DNA from: a virus
DNA length: 64,000 bases
IMG/VR virus record: IMGVR_UViG_3300035180_000343
Location: 32,001-96,000 of that record
Direction: 5' to 3' (one strand)
The notes beneath the pieces are model-generated. The model had not been told where the DNA came from and did not search any database. It worked only from the letters and a program-made list of their open reading frames with translations. The translations under genes and the position numbers were made by a program. Shown in pieces: positions 47,945 through 57,149 of the stretch (positions within the stretch are counted from its first letter, which is position 1; each line of letters opens with the position of its first letter).

Positions 47945-48844
47945 TCAAACCTTTCTTTTAGAGTCTTTAAACTCTTTCGTCGTTACTTTAAGAGATTTGC
48001 CATTGATCGCAAGGACAATCCCTTCAATTTCTTTTCCAAACTTATCTTTTCCGTCGATATCAGCATTTAGAATCAACGTCGCAAGGTCTTCTTTTACTTT
48101 ATTGACAATAGCAAGCAAATTCTCTTTTTGAATTTTGTCGGCTGCTTTTCTACTTTTCAAAATTTCTATATGAGAATCATCAAAATTGACTAGAGGATCA
48201 ATAGTAGCATTTATATCCAATGAGTCTATTTTCATTGAAGTATCGGCAAATTTAATTTTATCATTGCTAAACTTGAACAAATTTTTCTTTATAGACTCTT
48301 GTTGATCTTTTGGCAACTGTTCGCCAGTTGAAGCAACAACAAAATCAATTGGAAAAATAGTCATCAAACTTCCGAGTTTTGTCTTGTCATATTTTATAGT
48401 GACAAACGTAATCCCAGTGTCGTCTTCGGTTGCCATTGGGTTATAAAATATCTCACATATAAGTTTAACGTCATTTGGGATTGCTGTCAAGAAGTCTGCC
48501 GATTTAAAAATGTCAAACATATCGTCATAGTGTTGAGCACGGATAACAATTTCGTCCTTTGCTCCTTTTGCTTTTGCATGAGTCGAGAATGCTTTTGGTT
48601 CAAATATCGGACCAGTTCTTGACCCCTCAACAAACACTTTTCCGTCTTTGTTTTTTCCAATACGAAATCCTAGTCCGTCTACTTTCAATGATACCGGAAT
48701 ATCTTTTAAAACCCCACCTAATTCAGATTTAAACGATTTTACGAGGGAGATGAATTCTTCCGGTTTCATCGCTTGTAGATGTTCCATTGTAGTTCGTTTT
48801 GTCTGGACTACGTCTTCATAAATGAACTGTCGAAATGTTTTCAA
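47945..48844 (-). CDS. ATP-dependent ligase-like (covalent nucleotidyltransferase) protein with CTS-like start
   Basis: Motif I SLKVDG, motif III ICEIF, motif IV EGIV, motif V LKV; MKTFRQFIYE start. Confidence 0.65.
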   Translation of the reverse strand: MKTFRQFIYEDVVQTKRTTMEHLQAMKPEEFISLVKSFKSELGGVLKDIPVSLKVDGLGFRIGKNKDGKVFVEGSRTGPIFEPKAFSTHAKAKGAKDEIVIRAQHYDDMFDIFKSADFLTAIPNDVKLICEIFYNPMATEDDTGITFVTIKYDKTKLGSLMTIFPIDFVVASTGEQLPKDQQESIKKNLFKFSNDKIKFADTSMKIDSLDINATIDPLVNFDDSHIEILKSRKAADKIQKENLLAIVNKVKEDLATLILNADIDGKDKFGKEIEGIVLAINGKSLKVTTKEFKDSKRKV

Positions 48845-50088
48845 AGTTGAAACCCCATCTTGTCTGCGGCGCGGCCATCGAGTGACCCTCTAACCTGATA
48901 CGATTTTGACCTAAGATATACTCTTGAGGACGACATATTATTCAATAAATCTTTTCCAGTTAAAACTTCCCATTTTGGGATACCAGTTGCGCCAATGTCT
49001 AGTTTTACATAAACTAAATCGGATGACAATGCATCTGAAATAAATGGTCTAAAATCTAACCTTGGGTCGGTTTTCGAATAAGTCTCAATCAATTGTCCAA
49101 CTACTTGACTCAGCCCAATTGTTGTAATGCCCTTATTCCAAAAATCAATCTTGGATGGGTCAACTGATTCAATCCACTTCATTGCCGCATACGGAATGAG
49201 TTCATCTTTTCTCGCGTTCTTTTGAACCCACGAAGAATCAAATGTCTTGAACTCTTTGAACTTCATTTCTTTCAGATATTCCCCAGCTTTTATAGGACCA
49301 ACCCAAGCAGTATTTGACTCGATCTCCCGAATTATATTCGTCATTGGATCATTAAACCACTTCGACTTCTTATCTAACATTGAAAGAAGATCGGAACCCT
49401 TGACGGTATTTGTATGTTTTGCTGCAGTCTTTGCAGATACATTTATTACGCCAGTTGACTCAATAATATAGTCGAGCAATGGTTCGTTTGGTCTTTTTGG
49501 AAATTCAACGATTGAATATTTGTTGGCAACCTTTCCGATTGTTGCAAACATATCATTTTCAACAATTGCAATCGGTCCGAGACATTCTCCAAAGTCCTTC
49601 ATCACTGATGCGATGTCAATATTCTTTCTATGTTCTTTGAAAAAATCAACCAACGTGGAATTTGGAATTTTGCCCAATTGATGAGAAATTAACATTGAAC
49701 AATAAGACCCAGTCATTCCTAATTTTAACTCGTTTGTATTTCCTTGTAAAGTCTCGACATATTTTGGATATTTCAGGGGTTGAGTTAGACCAAACTTATC
49801 GGGTTTCAGAACATTTTGAGGAAGACGAGTTGACGTCACTTCGATTTTCATAACAATGAATTCGGTTGGGCTTATTTCGATATATCCTTTGGATGATTTC
49901 AAAATGCCGGACCCGTTTGTTTTTCTCTTCCATTTTGGGTTGTGATCTAGAAGTGTGGTGATTGCTCCCGCTCGTTGTGCATTCGGCAAGAATATATGAT
50001 AAACCGTCTTCTTAGGTCTTCCTTGTGTCAGAACAGAAATATCAGACGCACCAGTGATTTCTTTTAGCTCTTCAACAAAATCTTTCAC
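48841..50088 (-). CDS. Putative PD-(D/E)xK-like endonuclease
   Basis: ECLG..FP..NEPLLDYII..NVSAK pattern. Confidence 0.45.
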   Translation of the reverse strand: MKDFVEELKEITGASDISVLTQGRPKKTVYHIFLPNAQRAGAITTLLDHNPKWKRKTNGSGILKSSKGYIEISPTEFIVMKIEVTSTRLPQNVLKPDKFGLTQPLKYPKYVETLQGNTNELKLGMTGSYCSMLISHQLGKIPNSTLVDFFKEHRKNIDIASVMKDFGECLGPIAIVENDMFATIGKVANKYSIVEFPKRPNEPLLDYIIESTGVINVSAKTAAKHTNTVKGSDLLSMLDKKSKWFNDPMTNIIREIESNTAWVGPIKAGEYLKEMKFKEFKTFDSSWVQKNARKDELIPYAAMKWIESVDPSKIDFWNKGITTIGLSQVVGQLIETYSKTDPRLDFRPFISDALSSDLVYVKLDIGATGIPKWEVLTGKDLLNNMSSSRVYLRSKSYQVRGSLDGRAADKMGFQL

Positions 50089-51209
50089 TTGTACCTCGCG
50101 TAGAAGGATTTCTTCATTTCGTCGAAGTCTTTAACGGATCCACCGAGTTTCTTAGTTAGAACGCTAATCATCGCATTCTTCTCATCGAGATCCTTGTCTG
50201 GATCTCCACGGTATAGTCCCTGTGCCGAATCTCCCCAGAGTGTATAAGCAAACCCAGTAACAATCGGCTTCCATGTGGACTTCGGAAGATTTTTTTGAAT
50301 GAGGTCGATAAGTCCCGTGAAACTACTAAATTGTTTGAGCTCGTCCGAAGATGGAGAATGTCCAAACCATTCTTTAAATACGAAATCTAGATCAGTGTTG
50401 CCAGGAGATTCTGTTGTCGACATTTCTCTATAATGTGGAATGTCGTTTGTCTTTATTTGTTTTCCAGAATCATCTTTGATTGGGGAAAGTTTGGTTCGTA
50501 GCCCACCAGTAACACTGAATGCGCGCTCACTTGAAAGGATTTCTTTATCTTTCCCTCTAGACGTCTTTGCTGGAATCAAAACCTTCTTAAGATTTGGAGC
50601 TTCCATTGCGCGCAGAAGATATTTGTGAGCAACTCCCTTAATACCTTGCTCCATATCTTCCCATGCTGAGGAATGACTAAACTGTGCCCATGGCGTCGGT
50701 TTGCCAGTTTTGTCGAATTCTACCAACTCCATATCAATCTGAATGTTGGTATCATATGGAACAAGTGTCCATAGAGTGATAAATTGTCCAGCCGATTTCT
50801 TATATCCAACGAATGTCAACGGGCCAAATGTTTCACCTTCGATACCAGAATTCAAGAATTTTTCAACAAACGGTTCAAGGTTGCCATCGACTTGAGTGTC
50901 AATATCTCCAACCGACTGTTTCACTTTAGAAAACTTTTCGTCTTCAATTTTCTTCAAGTCAAAGAAATGAAATGCAGAACCAGAAAGAAATTCTTTAGAC
51001 TTGAAAAGAGAATCGTTCCACAAATAAAGACCAGTCGACTTCGAAAATGCTTTATTGATTTCAGACAATCCCTTATCAATAACAGGGACGATTTCTTTTC
51101 TTGATAGTTTTGTCAGGTCAATTCGTTGTGCTTCGGCGTCTCCCAAACGAACATTTCCACCTTCTGAAACGAACTTTCTAAAACTTTTTAACACGAGATT
51201 TCCACCCAA
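50085..51209 (-). CDS. Pol-beta-superfamily nucleotidyltransferase with CTS-like segment
   Basis: LSGSA..GDIDTQVD, IQIDMEL; LKSFRKFVSE near the start; CATAAATA late-like motif upstream. Confidence 0.65.
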   Translation of the reverse strand: MGGNLVLKSFRKFVSEGGNVRLGDAEAQRIDLTKLSRKEIVPVIDKGLSEINKAFSKSTGLYLWNDSLFKSKEFLSGSAFHFFDLKKIEDEKFSKVKQSVGDIDTQVDGNLEPFVEKFLNSGIEGETFGPLTFVGYKKSAGQFITLWTLVPYDTNIQIDMELVEFDKTGKPTPWAQFSHSSAWEDMEQGIKGVAHKYLLRAMEAPNLKKVLIPAKTSRGKDKEILSSERAFSVTGGLRTKLSPIKDDSGKQIKTNDIPHYREMSTTESPGNTDLDFVFKEWFGHSPSSDELKQFSSFTGLIDLIQKNLPKSTWKPIVTGFAYTLWGDSAQGLYRGDPDKDLDEKNAMISVLTKKLGGSVKDFDEMKKSFYARYK

Positions 51210-51227
51210 AGTAATTTCCTTATCGTG

Positions 51228-51980
51228 TTATTTATGGACATTTCGATACTTGACAATCATATCGATCATAACTTGTTCGTCTTGGTTTGGATTCTCACAC
51301 TTTAAATAGGAATCCATTAAATCATTTGCAAACTTGGATGTGCTTGGATCGACTTTATAAACTTCGTCAATTCCATTCAACTTCATTACGAGAAACCGTT
51401 TGACGCATTGTTTACATTCGCCACATGGGACTCCATCATTATGCCAACAACTTGTAGTTTCTTTCAGTTCTGGAATGATTTCTTTTCCGAATGTCTCGAT
51501 AGCCCATTTTACGGTGTCAACCTTTGACATCTTCTCTTCGACGAACGGAAACCTAACTTTACATCCATTGATGAATGGAGATAGCACATATGACAATACT
51601 TCCGAAGTCATTGCCCTAAACTTTTCATTCTTGTCGGTTGCTTGTTCGTTGTCCTCGTCAAACAATGTCCCCATCCATACTTCATCTGGAAGTTCTTGGC
51701 TTGCGGCCAGAGTAGCAAATACAAGATTCCTTCCAGGAATATAGATAGCAGATGCAAACGGATCAGACTTCTTGGACACGGGACGAATACCAGCTGGAGA
51801 TAACCAATCAATAGTTCGAATCTCAACATATTCTGGAAGTCGGTCAATCTCAACCTCTTCGGAATCTGCTCCATGTGCATAGTAAATACACTTTACATCC
51901 GCATCTGGATAATTCTTCTCGGCATATTTCTTCATCAGGAAACTGTCCAACCCACCACTATACAAAATCACAATCTTCAT
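51228..51980 (-). CDS. queC: QueC-like 7-cyano-7-deazaguanine synthase (PP-loop ATPase)
   Basis: YSGGLDS, IPGRNLVF, TSCW..PCGECKQC Zn site. Confidence 0.85.
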   Translation of the reverse strand: MKIVILYSGGLDSFLMKKYAEKNYPDADVKCIYYAHGADSEEVEIDRLPEYVEIRTIDWLSPAGIRPVSKKSDPFASAIYIPGRNLVFATLAASQELPDEVWMGTLFDEDNEQATDKNEKFRAMTSEVLSYVLSPFINGCKVRFPFVEEKMSKVDTVKWAIETFGKEIIPELKETTSCWHNDGVPCGECKQCVKRFLVMKLNGIDEVYKVDPSTSKFANDLMDSYLKCENPNQDEQVMIDMIVKYRNVHK

Positions 51981-51999
51981 TTGGAATCCTTAAAAATAA

Positions 52000-52386
52000 T
52001 CATTTGTGCCTTACGTTCTCTTTAGTAACCAAATCGTGCACAATTCTAACAACTTTTACGTCAGGACACAACCTTTCAATTTCGTCGGCCTGGATTGGGT
52101 CGTCTTCGTAGTGAATTACTATTTTCATGTCAAAAATAGAGTTCAACAGATTGATGGTTTTTCCTTTATGAGTCCCAGACGACAATCTACTCTTTTTGTC
52201 GAATGGAAGTGGATTGAAGAAGGGGTAATTCATAATCCCCCTACTCTTCAACATCGCTATCGTTTCTGGAATTTCTTCAAACGACCTTCCAGTGATAATG
52301 ACATCGTTTTCTCTTGGAGTTAATCCAGGATATTCTCCCATGAAAATAACTCCGTCAATGTCATAACTCGCAATAGGATCATTCAT
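52000..52386 (-). CDS. HAD-superfamily phosphatase
   Basis: YDIDGVI, IITGRS, K, HYEDD motifs I-IV; overlaps the MIPS stop. Confidence 0.85.
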   Translation of the reverse strand: MNDPIASYDIDGVIFMGEYPGLTPRENDVIITGRSFEEIPETIAMLKSRGIMNYPFFNPLPFDKKSRLSSGTHKGKTINLLNSIFDMKIVIHYEDDPIQADEIERLCPDVKVVRIVHDLVTKENVRHK

Positions 52387-53665
52387 AGTCAGTCTTTCCA
52401 GCTTGAAATGTATATGGAAGATCTTTCGCCCTTGGCCGTTTGTCTTTTAGTTGAGGCTCAGTCAACTTTGTCAACACTCTCCTTGCAAGTGCATCACACT
52501 CAAACTTTGCATCGTTGGTTGAAAGTTGAAGAGGAGGAGTTTTCTGAGTCCAAGCAGAAGGACCACGCAAAAATCCAACGACTCCAAGTTCCGAAGCCAC
52601 TTTGCAGAATCGAATTGCCGAGATAACCACTCCACCGGAATTAGGAGAATCTTGAACCGACATTCGACATGCAAGCTCATAACGAGCTCCAGCAAATCCG
52701 TAAGCAACTATGTCGATATTACAAATCTTATTATCAGACCCAACATATTGTCCACCTGGTTTCTGATGAACAGTTAATGATGGGCCAGCATAGAGTGTCA
52801 TTCCGGCAATTGATTCATTTCGAACCGAGTTTTGTCCCTTCAATACGTTTTCTTTTGAAACGTGTTTACTATGGAGCCTATCTTTGCTCGACATATTTAA
52901 GAAATCGGTATTTGCCGTTCTACCAGTTCTAATATGTTCCTGACCCTGTGTGCTTCCCGCGCTCATATTAAGTTGAATATGCTGAGAAACTATAAGACCA
53001 GAATCGAGCATTGCTCCTTGGAGAACTTCGGAAAGTCTCGATGCTCCCCATGCCGACCGCATATCTGACCCAACAATTGTTAGCCCAGCATCAATAAATT
53101 TCTGTTCATATTCCATAGTCTCTTCGGTTGAAATTAGTGTCGGAATACAATTTACTACATGGCATTTTGCTTGAATTGCGGCGTCAATATAAAACCGACT
53201 TGCTTCTTCTGAACCAACTGGAAGGTAGTTAATTACTACGTCGACCTTATGATATTTTAAAAGATCGACAATTCGTTGGAACGGCTCGGCTGGAATTGCT
53301 CCAGTCCTAAATGAAACATCTTCTGGGAAATCTAGCATATAGGGAGCAACTCCGTCGAGCTCAGGTCCAGAGTAGACAATTGCTCCCTTTTCGACACACG
53401 CAGTCGGTCCAGTGTCAACAATCTGCCGAACGTGGTCCATCGCACAATTTGGTTTAGCGCGAAGTGCTTCGATTAGTGGACGGTTAACTTTTCGAATATC
53501 AACATCAAACCCACAAACGAATTCAATATCGTGAGCAGTATAACCCCCAATATCATGATACATCAACCCGACTTTATCGGTCGGGTTTTCATTGTAATAT
53601 TGGACTCCCTCAACTAAACTTTTTGCACAATTTCCAACACCAACAATCGCGACTCTGATTTTCAT
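52379..53665 (-). CDS. ino1: Myo-inositol-1-phosphate synthase
   Basis: VAIVGVGNCAKSLVEG, NYLPVGSEEA, GATD-equivalent GASRL, NTDFLNM, SVQDSPNSGG. Confidence 0.93.
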   Translation of the reverse strand: MKIRVAIVGVGNCAKSLVEGVQYYNENPTDKVGLMYHDIGGYTAHDIEFVCGFDVDIRKVNRPLIEALRAKPNCAMDHVRQIVDTGPTACVEKGAIVYSGPELDGVAPYMLDFPEDVSFRTGAIPAEPFQRIVDLLKYHKVDVVINYLPVGSEEASRFYIDAAIQAKCHVVNCIPTLISTEETMEYEQKFIDAGLTIVGSDMRSAWGASRLSEVLQGAMLDSGLIVSQHIQLNMSAGSTQGQEHIRTGRTANTDFLNMSSKDRLHSKHVSKENVLKGQNSVRNESIAGMTLYAGPSLTVHQKPGGQYVGSDNKICNIDIVAYGFAGARYELACRMSVQDSPNSGGVVISAIRFCKVASELGVVGFLRGPSAWTQKTPPLQLSTNDAKFECDALARRVLTKLTEPQLKDKRPRAKDLPYTFQAGKTDYE

Positions 53666-53687
53666 ACAATTTCCTTCATTATATCAG

Positions 53688-55111
53688 TTAGTGCCATAAA
53701 ATCTTGGTCTTTAGGCCAAAAATATAAGGCGTGGTTTTCAACTTGTTTTAATAGTGTATATTAGTGGAATGATTTTGTCAAGTGCTTTGACAAAATTATT
53801 TCGTCAAAGTTGAACAATTATATAAATACGTAATATGAAACAATTTATCTCGTACAAATATCGGATTTATCCAACAGAAGACCAACAAGTTCTTCTGAGT
53901 AAAACCTTTGGCTGTAAACGAGCGATTTTCAACCATTACCTTGAAATACAGGAAACTCGATTTAAAAACAAAGAACCTCGGTTAAGCAATTTCGACATCA
54001 ATAAAGACATTACCAAACTGAAGAAAGAAAAGGAATGGCTATATGAAGTTGATAATGCTGCATTACAATCTTCTGCTGAAGACTTAACAAAAGCATACGA
54101 CAATTTCTTCAAGTCGGTTACTGGTAAGAGAAAAGGTCCGAAGATATCTCCACCGAAGTTCAAGAACAAGAATTCGCGCCAATCATATAGAACTCACTAC
54201 GTTCACGTTAATGAAGACGGAACACTGCATATTCCGAAACTAAAGTCAGTCAAAGCAGCCATCCACAGAGAAATTCCAGAAGGATCGAAAATTAAATCGG
54301 CGACCGTTTCAAGAAATCCTGACGGAAGATATTATGCATCAATTTTAGTAGAAACAGAAGTAACATCAAGGCCGATGACCTATCGGGAAGTCGGTTGCGA
54401 TTTAGGTCTCAAGGATTTGTTAATTACCTCAAGTGGTATAAAATTCAAGAGGCCAGATGAATTGCCGAACATTGCGAGAACCAAGCAATTATTGAAGTTG
54501 AAGCAAAAACAGTTCGCGAGAACCGTTAAAGGTAGCAAAAATCACGAATCTTTAAGACTCCAAGTAGCACGGCTTTATTCGAAGAGCACAAGACAAAGAA
54601 ACGAATATTATCATCTAGTTAGTAGATACTTGGTTGATAATTACGATTCTATCTACGTTGAAGACTTGTCGAGTAAAAATATGTTACAAAACAGGAAGTT
54701 GAGTCGAGCAATCCACGAAGTGGCGTGGTCAACCTTGTCTGGGATGATCCAGTACAAATCATCTTGGGCTGGTAAAACTTATCATCGGATTGATCGTTGG
54801 TATCCAAGTAGCAAGACTTGCTCTTCTTGTGGTCATAAACTTGAAACACTTGACCTCGGCACCAGAGAATGGACTTGTCCGAACTGTGGAACTCATCATG
54901 ACCGTGATTTAAATGCTGCTATGAACATTCTTCATGTCGGACAATCCGACTGTTATGGAGAAGCAATAAAGTCGCATGCAATAGGCGACTTGGGACTAGA
55001 AATCCCATCGGCCCTACAGAAAATGACCATTAAAATCGAGAGATCCAATGCTAATGTGTTGGTTGGTCATGGGAGTGGGCAAGCCGCGTCCTTTAGGAAG
55101 CGGTAGTTGAC
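53688..55111 (+). mobile_element. tnpB-only IS200/IS605-family element, copy 2
   Basis: Shared left and right ends; sits between dpdA-like and ino1. Confidence 0.92.
53835..55106 (+). CDS. tnpB: RNA-guided endonuclease TnpB, copy 2
   Basis: Intact RuvC D-E-D and Zn finger; close paralog of copy 1. Confidence 0.96.
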   Translation: MKQFISYKYRIYPTEDQQVLLSKTFGCKRAIFNHYLEIQETRFKNKEPRLSNFDINKDITKLKKEKEWLYEVDNAALQSSAEDLTKAYDNFFKSVTGKRKGPKISPPKFKNKNSRQSYRTHYVHVNEDGTLHIPKLKSVKAAIHREIPEGSKIKSATVSRNPDGRYYASILVETEVTSRPMTYREVGCDLGLKDLLITSSGIKFKRPDELPNIARTKQLLKLKQKQFARTVKGSKNHESLRLQVARLYSKSTRQRNEYYHLVSRYLVDNYDSIYVEDLSSKNMLQNRKLSRAIHEVAWSTLSGMIQYKSSWAGKTYHRIDRWYPSSKTCSSCGHKLETLDLGTREWTCPNCGTHHDRDLNAAMNILHVGQSDCYGEAIKSHAIGDLGLEIPSALQKMTIKIERSNANVLVGHGSGQAASFRKR

Positions 55112-55116
55112 CAAGC

Positions 55117-56388
55117 TCAAAAGAAACTACTGATGTCGACTTGCTTTTCTTTCACTGCAACTGATTTCATTGACGATTTAAAAATGTTCGACCATTCGTC
55201 AAAATCTGTTTTTGTATCTACATCTTGAAACGAACGATACATCGAAAACTTTTTCATGTCAACAACATCCTCAAGTCTTGGAGCAGACAAGAATGTTTTT
55301 ATAGCTTCCAACAATGCCAAACTCGATGTAACAGCAAATGCCGTCCATACTCTAACAATCTCATTCTTATCTTTTCCAGCAGCAATATGTTTTTCGTTGC
55401 TGCTGTTGATTACATTGTGTAGGTGCTTTGGGCTATGGACTCCATCCAACTGGTCTATCTCTTTGATTTTGTTGAATATTTTTTCATATGCTACTTGGTC
55501 ATAATGCCGTCCAAATGAAAATTGATTTTGGTCTGGACCGTCCGCAACATAAAAACAACCTTTTGTGATTCCACTTGTATGAGATGTCGAATCGAAACTT
55601 AAAATAACATCTGAATTTCTACCATCTCTAAAGCATACCAAGTTTGGTACGAGCCGACGCATTGATCCAACACCCAAAAGGTGAATCTGTTTGTTTTTTA
55701 GATTATATTTTCGAAGTATTTGGAAACTAGCGAATGTTCGAACAAAGGATTCATATTCTCCATTTCCAAGTGAGGTTGAACCAAGAGAAATTCCACCTAA
55801 GTAGTCATGATAATCTGGGGGAAGTTCGTTCAGAATAATATCCGCCCATTGTAAAAAAGTGTCGACATCATTTCCCTGAACAATCATCAATGGTTTGCTA
55901 ACTGTTCCGAATTCTCTAAAGGCGTCGATTTGCTCTTTCAGATTAGCTGCCGAATCCTTCGCACACTTTACGAAAATATCCTTATCGAAGAATCTGTCAC
56001 CAGTGCTACCAATCTTTGAGGAAGCAGTTGGGGTATAAAGAGGAATCTCGTCAAACGACATCGCAATTGTTGAGTTCTTTGCTTGAGACTCATATATTTT
56101 TCGCTTGATGCCAGAGTCAATCTTCGACCCACGAGTGATAATTTGAAGACCGCCAGAATCAGCATGAATATCACAAATTACATCTCGTAGATATTTGTTC
56201 AGTACATCTCCTCCCGATTTTTCCGTAAATGCGTTATATAACATTCCAAGAGAATATCCTTTTGCCTTTACCTTTTTGAATAAATTGCGAAGGAACTCGG
56301 TATTCTCTTCTGTATAAGACGAATTCATCAAGAGTTTTGGATATCCAACTCCAGACATAATGTAGTGGAACCGATCAACATCAACCAT
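55117..56388 (-). CDS. dpdA: DpdA/TGT-like base-exchange transglycosylase
   Basis: ADSGGLQI, MSFDEIP, IVQGN, IHLLGVG and SFDSTSH are TGT-fold motifs; adjacent to folE. Confidence 0.75.
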   Translation of the reverse strand: MVDVDRFHYIMSGVGYPKLLMNSSYTEENTEFLRNLFKKVKAKGYSLGMLYNAFTEKSGGDVLNKYLRDVICDIHADSGGLQIITRGSKIDSGIKRKIYESQAKNSTIAMSFDEIPLYTPTASSKIGSTGDRFFDKDIFVKCAKDSAANLKEQIDAFREFGTVSKPLMIVQGNDVDTFLQWADIILNELPPDYHDYLGGISLGSTSLGNGEYESFVRTFASFQILRKYNLKNKQIHLLGVGSMRRLVPNLVCFRDGRNSDVILSFDSTSHTSGITKGCFYVADGPDQNQFSFGRHYDQVAYEKIFNKIKEIDQLDGVHSPKHLHNVINSSNEKHIAAGKDKNEIVRVWTAFAVTSSLALLEAIKTFLSAPRLEDVVDMKKFSMYRSFQDVDTKTDFDEWSNIFKSSMKSVAVKEKQVDISSFF

Positions 56389-57065
56389 TATTTTTGCCTT
56401 GCTAAAGAAAGAAATTCTTGTCGAGCACTTGGATTATCTCTAAACGCACCCGACAAGAAACTTGTCGATGTTGTTGCTCCAGTTGACTCAACACCTCTCC
56501 ATGAAACGCAAAAATGTTCACATTCCATTACAACGGCGACATCGTCTGTCTCACAAATAAATTTTACTGTTTCACCAATCTGTTGGGTCTGAAGTTCTTG
56601 GAGTGTCGGGCGGCGAGAAAAATATTCAACAATTCGTGGGAGTTTAGATAGTCCCAATGCAATATTCTTGGGCTTATAAGCAATTGTGCATGTTCCAACA
56701 ATCGGAACAATATGATGAGAGCAGCTACTTTTCACTGGAATATTATGCTCGATAACAATCTCATCATAATGGTGGTCATTTGGAAACCCAGTACACTTGG
56801 GGAAATTTTCGGGTTTCAGACCCCACATTGTTTCTTTAACTAACATCTTCGCAACTCGTTTTGGAGTGTCAACATGGGATGGGTTTGTCATATCCATACC
56901 AATAGTCGTCAACATTTCCAAAACATTCTGTTGAATTTTCTCAATTTTTTCATCGTCTGGAACATTTAACATTGCTTCATCTACCGCACTTTCGAGGTGC
57001 AAAGATTTTAAATGTTGAAGAACCTTCAATCCAAGAACTGGATCACATTTCGTTGATTGTAGCAT
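56388..57065 (-). CDS. folE: GTP cyclohydrolase I
   Basis: TPKRVAKM, SSCSHHIVP, GLSKLPRIV..RRP.LQE, CEHFCV..RGV, T.TS. Confidence 0.95.
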   Translation of the reverse strand: MLQSTKCDPVLGLKVLQHLKSLHLESAVDEAMLNVPDDEKIEKIQQNVLEMLTTIGMDMTNPSHVDTPKRVAKMLVKETMWGLKPENFPKCTGFPNDHHYDEIVIEHNIPVKSSCSHHIVPIVGTCTIAYKPKNIALGLSKLPRIVEYFSRRPTLQELQTQQIGETVKFICETDDVAVVMECEHFCVSWRGVESTGATTSTSFLSGAFRDNPSARQEFLSLARQK

Positions 57066-57094
57066 TCGAGTTTCCTTTTTGTTTTCGAATTTAA

Positions 57095-57123
57095 ATTGTA
57101 ACTTAAACTTGAGGAATTGTCAA
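57095..57123 (-). promoter_or_regulatory. Sigma70-type promoter TTGACA-17-TACAAT heading the folE operon
   Basis: Spacing counted directly. Confidence 0.75.
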
Positions 57124-57149
57124 GTCCTCATACCTACTTATGCGAGGTT

